From the NCBI RefSeq assembly GCF_009914755.1, contig NC_060934.1: a stretch of 64,000 nucleotides of DNA. One strand, 5' to 3'. Below the pieces are notes generated by a model, which had not been told where the DNA came from, searched no databases, and was given only the letters and a program-made list of their open reading frames with translations. The DNA is from the human T2T-CHM13v2.0 reference genome, Homo sapiens. A program made the translations under genes and the position numbers. Of the stretch, positions 27,460 to 39,986 are shown piece after piece; positions within the stretch are counted from its first letter, which is position 1, and each line of letters opens with the position of its first letter.

Positions 27460-27797
27460 ATCAGTCCTGCTGGGCTGCTACAACAAAGTCTCATGGACTG
27501 AGGGCTTATCAGCCACCAGTGTCACCGTCTCACCGTTTTGGAGGCTGGAGGTCTGAGCTCAGGGTGCCAGCAGGGTCGGCCTCCTCCAGGCTGCAGATGG
27601 TCACCTTCTCCTGGGTCCTTGCTTGGAGAAAAGAGCACGAGAGAGCCCTCTGTGTGCCTGTTATAAGGCACTGATTCTATCCATGGGGCTCCACTCTCAT
27701 GACCTGGTCTTCTCCCCAAACCCCCACCTCCTGACACCATCACCTTGGGGGTTGGGTTTCAACCTATGAATTTTAGGGACACAAGCATATGGCCTGT
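27460..27797 (-). mobile_element. MLT1A-type MaLR LTR
   Basis: gggctgctacaacaaag...ggaggctggaggtctgag...caccatcaccttgggggttgggtttcaacctatgaatttt. Confidence 0.85.
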
Positions 27798-28840
27798 GTC
27801 GCCCCTAACTGCACCGAGCTCCTCTCTGCAGCTGCAGTCCTTACTCTTATCTCAGGTTCCTTTTTCTTGCCTCTGCTATTCGCTCACGGCAACGACAGTA
27901 AGCCAGCCCGCCCTGACTGCTAAGCAGGAGGCTCTGTCTCTCTGGGGAGGAAGCCATCATCCCTCTTCCCAGGTAGAGGGGCCACGGTCAGCTCCTGGGA
28001 GGGAGGGGCTCTGCCTTTTTGATTGGCATCCTGTAGAAGGCTGGTTTTGCCTGGAAACCTGAACAGACTATGCGCTACATCAGAATCAAAGGAGGTGTCC
28101 ACTCCAGGGTGCCCCAGGGCATAGCAGGCGCAAGGCAGCCGAAGTTCCTCTCACAATCCTCAGCCTTAGAACCCAAGAACAAAAGTGCAGGAAAAAACCC
28201 ATGGCCAGGCTGCTGGGGAAGAGGGCCATCACCTGCACATAGCCAGACCCGAGTTAGGGGACGGGGACTGCGTCAGGGCCTCCGATCACCCCCACATGCA
28301 GAGATTCACTGGGACTCATGGTTAGGATGGATGATGGCAGCACAGAAGCACACAGGACACACAGCCCGTCAGGAGGGAGGGACACAGGCGGGGCTGGAGG
28401 AGTCCACCTGCCGGCTTCCTTCTCCTGTCTTCCTGCCATGCGGGCCACACGGAGCTCCCTCCTCCCTGCAACAACAATGCAGCAGCCTGTGGGGGAGGTT
28501 TCTACCAGGGGCTGGTCAGGTAGGCACCCTCTTCCCAGCAGGCACTTGAATTCCAGACTTCCAGGAGGAAAGCTGATGTCCAGCACCAACCTCATTGTAC
28601 ATGCAGTTTTGGCACAGAGAGTGGTGGGAACCCACCCTAAACCCAAGTGCCCAGATGCAGCTGAAAGCTGACCTTGCAAATGGACCTTTCTCCAGAGAGC
28701 AGTCAGGCTGCTATGCAGCCCTCTCTGCACTGAGACATTCACTGTTTCCCAGAGAACTTCATTTCCATGGAAAACAGCTTTTTTCAAAAACAAAAAAAAA
28801 GGCGTCATCAGCATCCTTATTTTTCTAACAATGTTTTTCT

Positions 28841-28933
28841 TTTTTTTTTTAATTATACTTTAAGTTTTAGGGTACATGTGCACAACGTGCAGGTTAGTTA
28901 CATATGTATACATGTGCCATGTTGGTGTGCTGC
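28841..28933 (-). mobile_element. Severely 5'-truncated young L1PA (PA3-like) 3' end
   Basis: Poly(T) then ttatactttaagttttagggtacatgtgcacaacgtgcaggttagttac. Perfect TSD caatgtttttct at 28829-28840 and 28934-28945. Confidence 0.95.
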
Positions 28934-30221
28934 CAATGTTTTTCTAAACTGCCCTCCAATGTCTGTCTTGATTTCTAGTTCAAAAAGCCTGACGAGTTGG
29001 AAATACTGAACATTCGCACTAGTGTGCATGAAATTCCAGTGGTTAAGGCTTGTGTGCATCCTAAAATTTTATTCACAAACACTGATAAAGCCGCAGAGCA
29101 TTAAAAGTCAAAAGTAATCCCTTAACCTTGGAATCAATACGATTATTGTGAAATGATGGGTATTGATGATCTGTTTGAGAGATTGTGAGCTTCTGAAGTT
29201 GAAAATAATCAGGTGCTGGAAGTAGATGTAACTGTGCATAGATAAGCCTTTAACAGCTCATTAAACCCATTTTTCCCTCATAAGTGAAACTGGCCCCAGT
29301 CAGCAATGTTTAATTGAGAGAAAAACAATGAAACTGAATAATGCCATTGGTTGGATACAGAGTTGGGTTTGCTACAACATGTGAAGTCAGTGCCTGCTGA
29401 GTATTTTAAGGAAAATGCCAAATTTACCATACACATTTATTTTCTTCATTATAGACCCTGTTTCAATGACAGTTTTTTCCTCAAGTGACCCTCTGAGTCA
29501 CTTCTCAGGGACAGCCACACTGATGCCATTACTGCCACATGGGGTCTTCCGTCTAAGACTAGAGCCAAGGACATTCCCCAAGCTCAGTGGGACCACAGTG
29601 CCTGGAAACACAGCGCTTTTCCCAGGAGTGCCAAGTGGCGGTTTTTGGGCAGCGCAGCATTAAACTTGAGCTCCTTTCAGGGATCATCTTGCAACAGTCA
29701 TCCTGCTGCTACCCTGATGATACCAGTCCTCGGAAGACAGTTTAGTTGGAAACTGAAGGGACTTGGGGTGGGAATTCGCTGCTAGGGCCTGAAATGCCTG
29801 CCTGTAGGACTTGACCCACAGAGCTTTGTCCTCTTGCCTGCCTGTGCCTTTGTGCTCTAACAATAGAGTGGTTGGGGAAGAAATCGGAGAAGGCACTGCC
29901 TCGTTCAAGGCGAGGCCTGGGCAGCGGTCTATGGATAGGGTCTGACTGCTCCCAGTTTTCAGAGGCACGTTCAAGCAGTGACTCCTGGTTCCCCCTAGAA
30001 TGCCGTCTAACATGGGAGAGTGAGGGATTGTTTTTAATAGGGGGTAACTTTGCCTCTTCCTGTCCTGGCAGATCTCCTAGGGCACCTACCTGGCCAGCCC
30101 CTAGTAAAAACCTCAGGTAGAAACCTCACTCACTGGCTGGGGCAAAGTGAGCTCCAGGTGGCCCATTGTGGGAGGAAAAGAGGATGAGGAAGCCAGCACG
30201 TGGACTCCTCCGGGCCTCGCC

Positions 30222-30316
30222 TGTGACCCTCCCTCCTGATTGGTTGTGACCCTCCCTCCTGATTGGCTGTGACCCTCCCTCCTGATTGGCTGTGACCCTC
30301 CCTCCTGATTGGCTGT
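30222..30316. repeat. Minisatellite, 23-bp unit x4, each with an inverted CCAAT box
   Basis: tgtgaccctccctcctgattgg[t/c] at 30222, 30245, 30268 and 30291. Confidence 0.95.
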
Positions 30317-31169
30317 CTTCCTGGAATATGCTGCAGCACAACAGAGCTCCCAGGGCATTGGGGGAAGGCAGGTTCTTCCCTGCGTGGGGTGGGATTCACA
30401 GGCAGGCAGAGAGATGGCTTGACGTGGTGACTCCTGGTTCACATCGCAGCTTGAGGGAGGCGCTGGCAGGTGGGTGCAGCCTCCCTGGGTGATGCGATTT
30501 GAGCCGCTGTCACTGTGTTCCTGAAATCCATATTCTCCTCAGTGCCATCTGGGAATTCCTGACACCAGCTACAGTAAGGACAGCATTTGAAATTGGAGCT
30601 GCTTAAGAATAACTGGGGGAGCAGGTTGAGTTGTATCAGAAAATCCATTAAGTGCTTAAAAGATTAGTTTTCATTATGACTGCTAGATAGTAAATATTAT
30701 CTTTTATATCATTCTGAAAAATGATATGAGTAATGGGAACTATTTAACTTATTTTGGTATAATTTTAAAACTTTAATTATGGTAATACTTTGCATTTTTA
30801 TTAGTTTTACAAGAGGATTGAAGCAAATGAATCTAGGGGGTTGATTTGTTGAAACAGGTTCTTTTCTGGATCTCAAGAAGTGGATGGTTGTCAGCTCTTG
30901 GGAGCAGATGCAGGTGCAGGAGAGGAGTCGCGTTGCCTGGGGGTTCCAGCGGACTTGGTTCAGGTGAAATCTCTGTGTCGTGACAAAGGAGATGACATTC
31001 TTCCATCTGTGCATGCACTCAGCCAATAAATGTTTACTGAGGCTGAATTTAGAGCAAAGCATTGCCTTGGCCAATTTCCTTGAGCTCCGCGTCAGCTCAC
31101 ACCGTCTGTCCATTGTGCATCCTCTGAATAGAATCACAGCTGTCAGGATAGATCTATGTAGACATAACC

Positions 31170-31410
31170 TGACATGGGGAGAAGAGCTAGGGTTTGGCCT
31201 TGGAGTGGCTTGGAATTCAATCCGGGCTCTAGTGCTTCTAAAGCTGTGTGACCATGAGCAAGTGACCAGATGTCTCTGAGCTTCAGAGTCCTCAGCTATG
31301 AAGTGGCAGTAAACAGACCACCCCCTTAAGGGTCAGTCATAAGAATTAAATCACCTAAGGGGTGAACAGGGTTTGCCAGCAGCTGGCCCACGGTGGGTGC
31401 TCAGCTAGTG
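31170..31410 (+). mobile_element. MIR
   Basis: gctgtgtgaccatgagcaagtgacc...tctctgagcttcag...ggtgctcag. Confidence 0.75.
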
Positions 31411-32929
31411 CTGCACTCTGTCATTCCCTAGGAGTTGGCTGTGAAGAGCTTTTCCCTGCTCTACGGAGAGACAGAGAGACCCGCACACCATCACACACTG
31501 GCCGCACATCTCCGTGGCGAGCAGCGCCTCTGCACCCATCTAGTATCCCAACGCGTGGGCCTGAACCCCCTGAGGCCTGAGCAGGGAGCCAGTATCGCCC
31601 TCCTGTCTGATTGGTTTTGCGGGGGAATCCCAGGGCCCCCCAGTCCTCCCCGCTCAGTGCGCCTTTGTGGAATGGGAGGCCAGGAGGCAAAGGGAGGCGC
31701 CCAGGTGATCCAGGTACTGGGCATGGGCCCCCAAATTCTCCGACTCCCTGTCCGGCTTCCCATTCTGGCACCGGAAGACACTTTCTGCATTTTGTTTCTG
31801 CCTTTGTCACAAATGTGGTGTCCTTGAGAGCTGGAGGTATGTGGCCCCCCTATCGTCCTCGGAAGATGTGACTCCAGCATCGAGGCCAGGCCCCTGACTC
31901 ATCCCTGGAGACACTAAAAATGCCTCATAGAAATAGGCATCTGTCTTTTAGAAATAGTGACCAAAGTGGAAAAAATAAAATATTTTGGGAGAAAAGAGGA
32001 AAAGTTCTAACCACTGTCTGAAAGTCTGCTGCTAGTGCAGAGTCCCAGGAGGTGCAATGAGGGCAGACTTGTTTCCCTGGGAACAATGGGGTTTGTCAGT
32101 AGGTCCCCCACACCCACCGGCGGGGTCTCAGCCAGCAGCCAGGGCCACCCCCATGCCATCTTCCTGGGGGCATCGTCTCTGCTGCCCTCCACAGCCCTGC
32201 CAGATGTTTCTGCTTCAGGCTCAGCCTGTTTCTCCCCTTCGGGACTTGCGGAGCCTCCCACGACTGTTCAAAGCTCTGCACTGAACACATTTGGGCCCCG
32301 TGGTCCCCAGTGCTGCTGAGTCAGGGGTGGCCCTGCCACCAGGGCCCCAGCAGTGCCAAGCTCAGAGAACTCCGCCTGACCAGCACCAGGGAGAGTGCAT
32401 TAAAAGGACTCATGATGTTTGGAGAAAATGAACGCCACTGTCTCTGCGCTGCCAGGCACAGGGCCAGGTGTCTCCGGGGCCCTCATCTGCTGGAAGCCGC
32501 CCTCTCTGCCAGCATGCATGTGGCTGGAACAGGCTTGCTTCTGCTGGGCATCACTGTCTGTGTGGGAACCATTGGTACTGGCCGGCAATGGTCGCACTGA
32601 GAACCGGTAAACTGGGGCCAGAGCTTGAATGGAGGCTCAGCCTGCATGGGAACCAAGCACCGTGCCTGGGTGTCTAGGCAGGTGCAGGTCCAGGTTTGCT
32701 CGCCTGCAGAGGGACCAGTCCCTGACTTCCTCCTGGCTGCCTGTGTGAGTGGACATCCAATCACCTCTGACTCAGTGTCCCAGCTGGAGAAGCAGAATGG
32801 CCAGGCTTAGGCTGACTCCACTGCCTCCTCCTTTAAGGGGCCATAAAGCTTAATCGTGGTGCAGGAACCATCCAGACCCAGTGCCAGACACTGCTGCCCT
32901 AGAGACAACATGGCAGGAGGGCACCTCTT

Positions 32930-33300
32930 GGTCAGGAGTCATTTGGTTATAAGGGACAGAAACCCATTGCGGTAGCTCATGAAAAGGAGGGTTTATGCTG
33001 AGGATTCTGCTATGTATGGAATCCTAGGACAAGCTGGGCCAAGAGGACAGGAGCTGGCTTTGCTCCAAAGGGAAACCTCAGCCGGCAGCTTTGCAGGCTC
33101 GATCCGGAGCTCGCTCTCCAACACGCCATGTCTCGCTCATCTCAGCCTCCCTGGGATCCCTCAGGCCCTTTTCCCATCCCAAATCCAAATTCTAGGAGGG
33201 AAGTCTGTTTGGCGGAGCTCGAGTCAGGGATCCCTCAGGTCCAATCAGCGGATCCAGAAGAGTCGGACACAATTCCTGATGTGTAATGGGACCTGGAACC
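32930..33300 (-). mobile_element. Old MLT1 (J/K/L-type) LTR
   Basis: gtcaggagtcatttggttataagggacagaaaccca and ccaaattctaggagggaagtctgtttggc...ggtccaatcagc. Confidence 0.6.
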
Positions 33301-33375
33301 TGGTGACACTCAGCTGGCAAATGCAGCGACATTTATTCACCGGTGCAGACTGACAAAATGCCCATGTGCATGCAC

Positions 33376-33478
33376 GTTCACGACAGGTGCCACTCAGCTC
33401 ACACCCCAGATTGCGTAGACTCTGGCCTGGTTCACGACAGGTGCCACTCAGCTCACATCCCAGATTGACGTAGACTCT
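33376..33478. repeat. Tandem duplication, 54-bp period, 2 copies
   Basis: gttcacgacaggtgccactcagctcaca[c/t]cccagattg(a)cgtagactct at 33376 and 33430. Confidence 0.92.
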
Positions 33479-35277
33479 AATCTGGGACTAAGCATTTGTT
33501 CACAGGCCTTGGGAGGGCAGGGACCACAGGGCATATGGAGCTGACCAGCAGCTGAGCACCAAGGAGGTATGGACACTGCATAAAGGGGAGGTGTGAAAGG
33601 TGGTCCCGAGGCCTTCGGACCCATTGCCGTTTCGAAAAGGCCCTGGGTATTGACAGCATATGCTACAAGAGAAGGGATGATGAGCTCAGGGCACCAGGTG
33701 GGAGTCCCGGGGAGGGGGAGGCACTCTTCCGCCTCTGAGATGTTTCATGCAGTCACCTAGTTCAAAGCTTCTCTGACAAGCTCGCCTCTGATCATTTTTA
33801 CTTTTTTTGCAGGTGGCATGATGTCATTTTGTCATTAGGCACCACCGTGGGGACTGCATGTTGTCAATGGACCCACTATGCTCATGATGCTCCTTATCGA
33901 GTTCTCCCCTGTGCAGCTCCCAGGCCCTGCTGCTGGGGCAGTCGCCTGGGGCCCCTCACCATCTGACGGCTGTCACCGCAGGCCAGGATGTGCACTCTCA
34001 ACAGCCCAGGCTTTGAGGGCTGCTCTGGAGTATGATGGATACTGTAGCTGTTCGCTTTTGAAAAAGAAAGACCTGTGGCGAGAGCATTTCCTTCTCTAAG
34101 TAAACACCTGACTGGGTCCTGTTCATTGGATTCTGCAATTCTGCACGTGAAAATGTCAAAACACGAAGTCCTCTCATATTCTAAATAGCTGAGAAACAGC
34201 CTAACGTGCAGGTCAGTTGCACTGCACTGTGTGTGATAGTGAGGCTGGGACCACTCAGCGCAGAGCTGCCCCTTCTTGTGCTGAGACCCTCGCTGGGGTC
34301 TGGCCACCCCAACCTGCTGGAGCAGCCCTGACATGAGGTTTGTGTGTCTGTGGTCAGGCAGGGTCCCCTGTGTGTGGGGTGACATTGGGGAGGGAGACCA
34401 GGGGCTTTTGTCCAGGCAGGTCCCAGTCTCGGGGCAATGCAGTGTCCCCTGCCTCCTGACCCTGGTCACTTGCTCCAGCCTCATGGGATGGGGGCCACTT
34501 CCATCCCATTAGCTCGCCATTGCGGGGAATACCCTGCCCAGACCCCATCTCTATCCCCTTCCCCCTGGCGTTTTGGGGGATGCCGCTGCTGTTCTCTTCT
34601 TACAGCTCCTGCTGTCCACAGGGGGAGCAGAGTTCCTGGGCTTCGGGAAACACAGCAGGACTTCCAGCCCAGGAGCTTGGCAGAAGGTTGCCCTTTACCT
34701 GATAACTTCCGAGGGCTGCGGTGACATAAAGCTCCCCAGCCCAGTGAGCTGAGGTCTGCACGATGGGCCGGTGATGGGGAGTAATGGGCTGGAAAGGCAG
34801 GCGCCATTTGGACAGCATATTGTAGGCTCCTAAAGGAGAATCCCGAGCTGTTAGCACGTAGTTGATTTTCTTTGGCATCTTTCCACGGCACTTCAGAGGC
34901 TTGTTCCGTTTGGCTTTATTTTAACCTACTTCACGGTGTTAAGGGAAATGCCACCAAGAAGGTTCTAGGGCAGAAGAGCCCTGTTCAAAGGGGGCAGGGA
35001 GTGAGGGGCCTTCTTGGTGAGGGGCTGGGCACAGCTGGACCCTCCGGTGTAGAGGAAAACCTCAGCACCCTTCAGTCCTTAACCCAGACAGGCTAATGGG
35101 GAGCAAGCCAGGTGCTAACAGGAAGCCTATGAAAGACTAGACTCTTCTTTCCTGAACCAAGGGTGAGACACGGGGAGGGTGGGTGCCTCCAGCTCGGGGT
35201 TGCTGACTTGCAGGGGGGCCATGTCTGCAGCCCCTTTCCAGGCTGGGCATCGGGAATAAGGTGATCTGGAGGTACAA

Positions 35278-35301
35278 GGGGAGGGGAGGGGAGGGGTTGG
35301 G
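35278..35301 (+). other. G-quadruplex-forming motif
   Basis: ggggaggggaggggaggggttggg, four or more G-runs with 1-2 nt loops. A similar motif lies at 13826-13844. Confidence 0.6.
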
Positions 35302-35687
35302 AGTCCATGGAGTCTTTGGTCTTATCGCGATCCATGGCAGTGAGGAACTGTCTTTCCCCTTCCAACCTGCGAGGGAAGACTGGGCTCCCAAGCCCCACCC
35401 TGGAAGCCAGGAAGTGGCCTGGGGAGGTGTCCTAGAGAAGGACCAGCAGTGGGGCTTGTGTCCCCGCCAGCCCCAGCAGGAGGAGCTCGCTGGCTGCACC
35501 TGAGCTGCTCTGGAAGACTTGGACCTGGGACCAGGGGAGACCCTGCAGGTTCCTGTGGCTCCTGTGAGGAACAGGAGCTGGAGAGACTGGCCCAGGCTGC
35601 TGAGGGAGGGTCTTGTGTGGTCCCCGCTGCAGGGGCTAAAGACAGCCACCCCGAGCCTCTCGGAGATGATGCTAGACAGGCAGGGGA

Positions 35688-36133
35688 GTGTTAGTAACCC
35701 TGAAACAAAGTACCATGACTGGGGGCTCGGAACAACAGGAGTTTATTGTCTCATGGTTCTCGAGGAGGCCACACGTGGGAAATCAAGGTGTCATGGGGCC
35801 ATGCTCCCTCCGAAGGCCCTGGGAAGGATCTCCCTCGTGTCTCTCTCCCAGCTTTGGTGGCCCCTGGCGTCCCTCAGAGTAGATGCATCCCTGTAACCCT
35901 CCACCACTGCGTGGCCTTCTCCCGGTGTCTCCGCAGTCCTTCCTCTGTGCCTGCCTTTCTCTCTGTCCCATTTCCTCTTTTTACTGGGACACCAGGCACG
36001 TTGGATTAAGGCCCACTCTAATGGCCGCATCTTAATTACCTCCACAAAGACCTGTCTTCGAAGGTCACATGTTGTTATCGAGGGTTAGGGTTCCAACAAT
36101 TTTTTTTTTTAATAAATACAATTCAACCAACAA
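35688..36133 (-). mobile_element. MLT1B/C MaLR LTR
   Basis: acaaagtacca...aacaacaggagtttattgtctcatggttct...aaatcaaggtgtc...ttggattaaggccc...aattcaacc. Confidence 0.85.
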
Positions 36134-36929
36134 TAATGGGTCGGAGAAAAGCTAGATGCCACCCTAGGATGCCACACACCCCAGGTGCACGGCCACACCC
36201 ACGAGGCAGCAGAGACTGCAGACAAGCCACGCACAAAACCTCCAGCCTGAGACCAGAGAGCCGACCTCACCTGTGCAGTCTCCCTCCAGACCCCAGCCCA
36301 GCAGGGTGGGATTGGAGGAACTGGTCAGGGTGTCTTCACCTCCTCCTCCCTTCCATGGAAAGAAGGCCCTAAAGGGCACACCACCCCCACGCCCACCCCC
36401 ACCCTAGGCTGCCAGCCGGCCTGGGAAGGGAGTTGGGGCCCCGCAAAGGTGTGAGATGGAAGCTTTGCGCCGGTGCAGGCAGTTTTCATCACGAAAGACA
36501 GTCCCATCGATGGGGCGTGGGTGTGCTCTGTGTTGGTCCCAGCTGGTCCCAGCAAGCAAGGCATTGTTGAGGGGAGCAGTGGGTTCAGGGTGACACTGAA
36601 GGCCGGGAAAGGGAGAGTCCGACAGAAAGGGCTGGGAGAAAGGGGGTCTTGCCTCCCAGCTGGGGCCAGGCTGCAATGGGGTGGCACCAGGGCATGTGTG
36701 GGTAGCCATGGGAGCTCTGAAACAGCATAGACGGGGCGGGGTGAAGTTTTGAGAGCTGGGCGCGACTGGAAAGCTGTGGATGCTGCTGGAGAAGTGTGGG
36801 TGGCAGTGTCGACAGCGCGGCAGCCGTGGAGAGGAAGGGCTGACTCCCGCTGGCTCCGCTGCCCCCGACTCCCCCAGCCGCAGGCCCTGAGATGCTCCTA
36901 GGGAACCTTTCTCTCCACACGTCCTCCCC

Positions 36930-37329
36930 ATGGGGTCTTTCCCTAGGTCTGCCTTCACACAGTGTCACAAGCGAGTGGATTAGAACAACAGACACTTGTT
37001 GCCTCACAGCTCTGGGGCGGCATTCCAAATCAGGGTGTGGGTGGGCCGTGCTCCCGCTGGCGGCTCTACCTGGGCCCCTTCTGCCTCTCCACTCCGGGCG
37101 GTGGCCAGCAGTCCGTGGCATTTCTCGGCTGGCAGCGGCATCCCCACCCCATCTCTGCCATCACGTGGCCTTCCTATAAGGACACCAGTCATTGGATTTA
37201 GGGCTCACCCTAATCCAGTATGGCCTCATCTTAACTCAAAACATCTGCTAAGACCCTATTTTCAAGTAAGATCCCATTCTGAGGTTCCAGGTGGGCACGA
37301 ACTTTCGGGGTGCCATTCAACCCAGTCCA
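36930..37329 (-). mobile_element. MLT1B MaLR LTR
   Basis: tataaggacaccagtcattggatttagggctcaccctaatccagtatggcctcatcttaact...attcaacccagtcca. Confidence 0.88.
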
Positions 37330-37613
37330 GGGGAAATAGTTCAGAATGTGTGAATGGGACTGAGCCCTGCTCAGCATCCCAGGCCAAAGGGGCTTCCACC
37401 TCTGGCTCAGCTCTTGGTGGCCCCCGGGACTCAGGTCTCCCCCAGTTTTACTGCTTTTCAGCCACTAAGCCACCCTGGGGGCCATGTCTTGTTCTCCAGA
37501 TGGCCTCACCCCACCTCTGTCGAAGCGTTCCTGCCTCAGGCATGAAAGCCACCACGTGGCAAAGGGTGGACGGCGATTGGGAAAGCAGAGTGTCCCCTCC
37601 CCGGGCGTGACAG

Positions 37614-38753
37614 CGTTCCCTGATCAAATGGAGGGTTGGGCTGCTTATTCTCGAGGCCCAATAATGCGATGCAGATGAACTGGGAAAGGAGGGAGTGTTT
37701 GTTTCCGTAACTGGTTATAAGGAGAAGGTCTGGAAAATATTGCTAGACCAACTCAAAATTACACAGTTTTCCAGAGCTTGTATACCTTCGAAGCTGTATG
37801 TCTACGTGCAAGTGTACATTCGCCTAAAGACGTAAGTGATTAACTTCTTCTACTCTATAACTGGGGTCTGAGTCCCGAAGACCTTCCTCTGGAGCCTCAG
37901 TAAGTTTACTTACGCTAAATGGGTCCAGGTGCTGAGGTGATTACCCTTATGTTGTCTCCTGCTAACTCACGGAGGTTTGGGGAGTGTCAGGCCTCTGAGC
38001 CGAAGCTCAGCCATTATAACCTCTGTCACCTGCGCATACACATCCAGGTGGCTTGCAGGAGCCAGGAAGCCTGGAGCAGCCAAAGAAAAAATCTACAAAG
38101 AAGTAAAACAGCCAGTTCCTGCCTTAACTGATTAACTAAAATTACAACATTTTACTATTGTGACTTGTCCCTGCCCTACCTTAGCTGATCAATCGACTTT
38201 GTGACATTCTTCTTCTGGACAATGAGTCTTACGATCTCTCCACCATGCACCCTGCAACCCCCTCCTTTGCTAACAATAGATAACCCCCTTGTACTGTACT
38301 TTGCCATTACTACCCAACTCCTGTAAAGCAACCCCCTCCCCATCTCCCTTCGCTGACTCTCTTTTTGGACTCAGCCCATTTGCACCCAAGCGAATCAACA
38401 GCTTTATTGCTCACACAAAGCCTGTTTGGTGGTCTCTTCACACAGACGCACTTGACAGGGAGTTCCTTCAGACCCCCAATCAACTTGCTTGTGGAGGCCT
38501 GGGGAGTTTCTTCAGACCCACAATAAAGCTTGTTTAATCCTAAATGGGTCCTGTTAAGAATTCCTTCGTTATTTTGTCACGCTTTAAGGCCCAGGAAAGG
38601 CCTAGTAGGCACAGCTCTAGGTGGGCTTTGTTACATTCCAGCCTTTGAATAAGAACACTGGCTCTTTCAGCTTTTAATATTTAACTTAACCACTCAGTCA
38701 GTGCTGAAACAGTCGTTAAGGAGGCCTGCATTAGTGAGACCTGGCCTGCCACA
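37614..38753 (-). mobile_element. PABL_A-type ERV1 solo LTR, split by LTR7C
   Basis: Minus strand starts tgtggcaggccaggtctcactaatgcaggcc. The halves 37614-37984 and 38463-38753 join across the insertion. Confidence 0.78.
37985..38457 (+). mobile_element. LTR7 (LTR7C-type) HERV-H solo LTR
   Basis: tgtcaggcctctgagccgaagctcagcc...gctcacacaaagcctgtttggtggtctcttcacac...tgaca. Perfect 5-bp TSD gggag at 37980-37984 and 38458-38462. Confidence 0.93.
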
Positions 38754-39587
38754 CCAGTCTGCCGCTGGAGGAGCTGACAGTGCGAGGCCCCACTCCAGAC
38801 TCTAGGGCTTGCATTTCCAGGGCCCCTTGGCACCTTCCTTAGCCTCAGATCCTTCCAGAACTGTGTTCTGAGGTTGTGCTCTGGTCCAGACAACGGGGAG
38901 ATCTTCCCAGGATGCAGCCAGACCTGTGAAACCCCCCATCTGATCACAATTAGGCTGCACCAACTATCACTTGGGGAAAAGACCCAAGTCAGGTTGCAGG
39001 GCCTTGCTGTGAGCAGACGCAGGTGTGGCCTGTGCTCCCTTGCCCCTCATTTGCCCCCTTCTGGTCTTCCTGCTACTTGGGTCCATCTTTTCTGAGAAAC
39101 GGCAGGACCCTTGGGCTCACAGACACATTTTTTTCCATTGTTTAACTATTGAAAACTTTCCCTCTATTTATAGAAAATAAGCTCTTAGTAAATATTTACT
39201 GTATCAATTTTGTATTTTAAATATTATGAGAAAATAATTTTGGCTGCACTGTGGTATTAACGGGCATACAGTTCATAAGTCACCTTATACTTTTTAATTG
39301 ACTTTCACTAAAGCATGTACCAGGCACCAGTCACTCTTCTAGGTTTTTGGAGACAGAGGTGCCACCTCCATTCCTGGGGAGTGTACAGATTAGTGAAGGA
39401 AAGGGGGTGGATTCCACCAACCAGCTTGTATTCAGTCGGTCTGGGGAGGTCAAGGTTCCATAGTCCTAGACCCCACAAGACTCGCTGTCTGAGGGCAGAG
39501 GCAGGGGTGCAGACTGATGGGAGAGGCAGTGGGGCCCAAGGGGATTGAGGAAGAGGCAGGACAAGGGCTCCACTTGGAGGTAAATGA

Positions 39588-39986
<399 letters not shown>

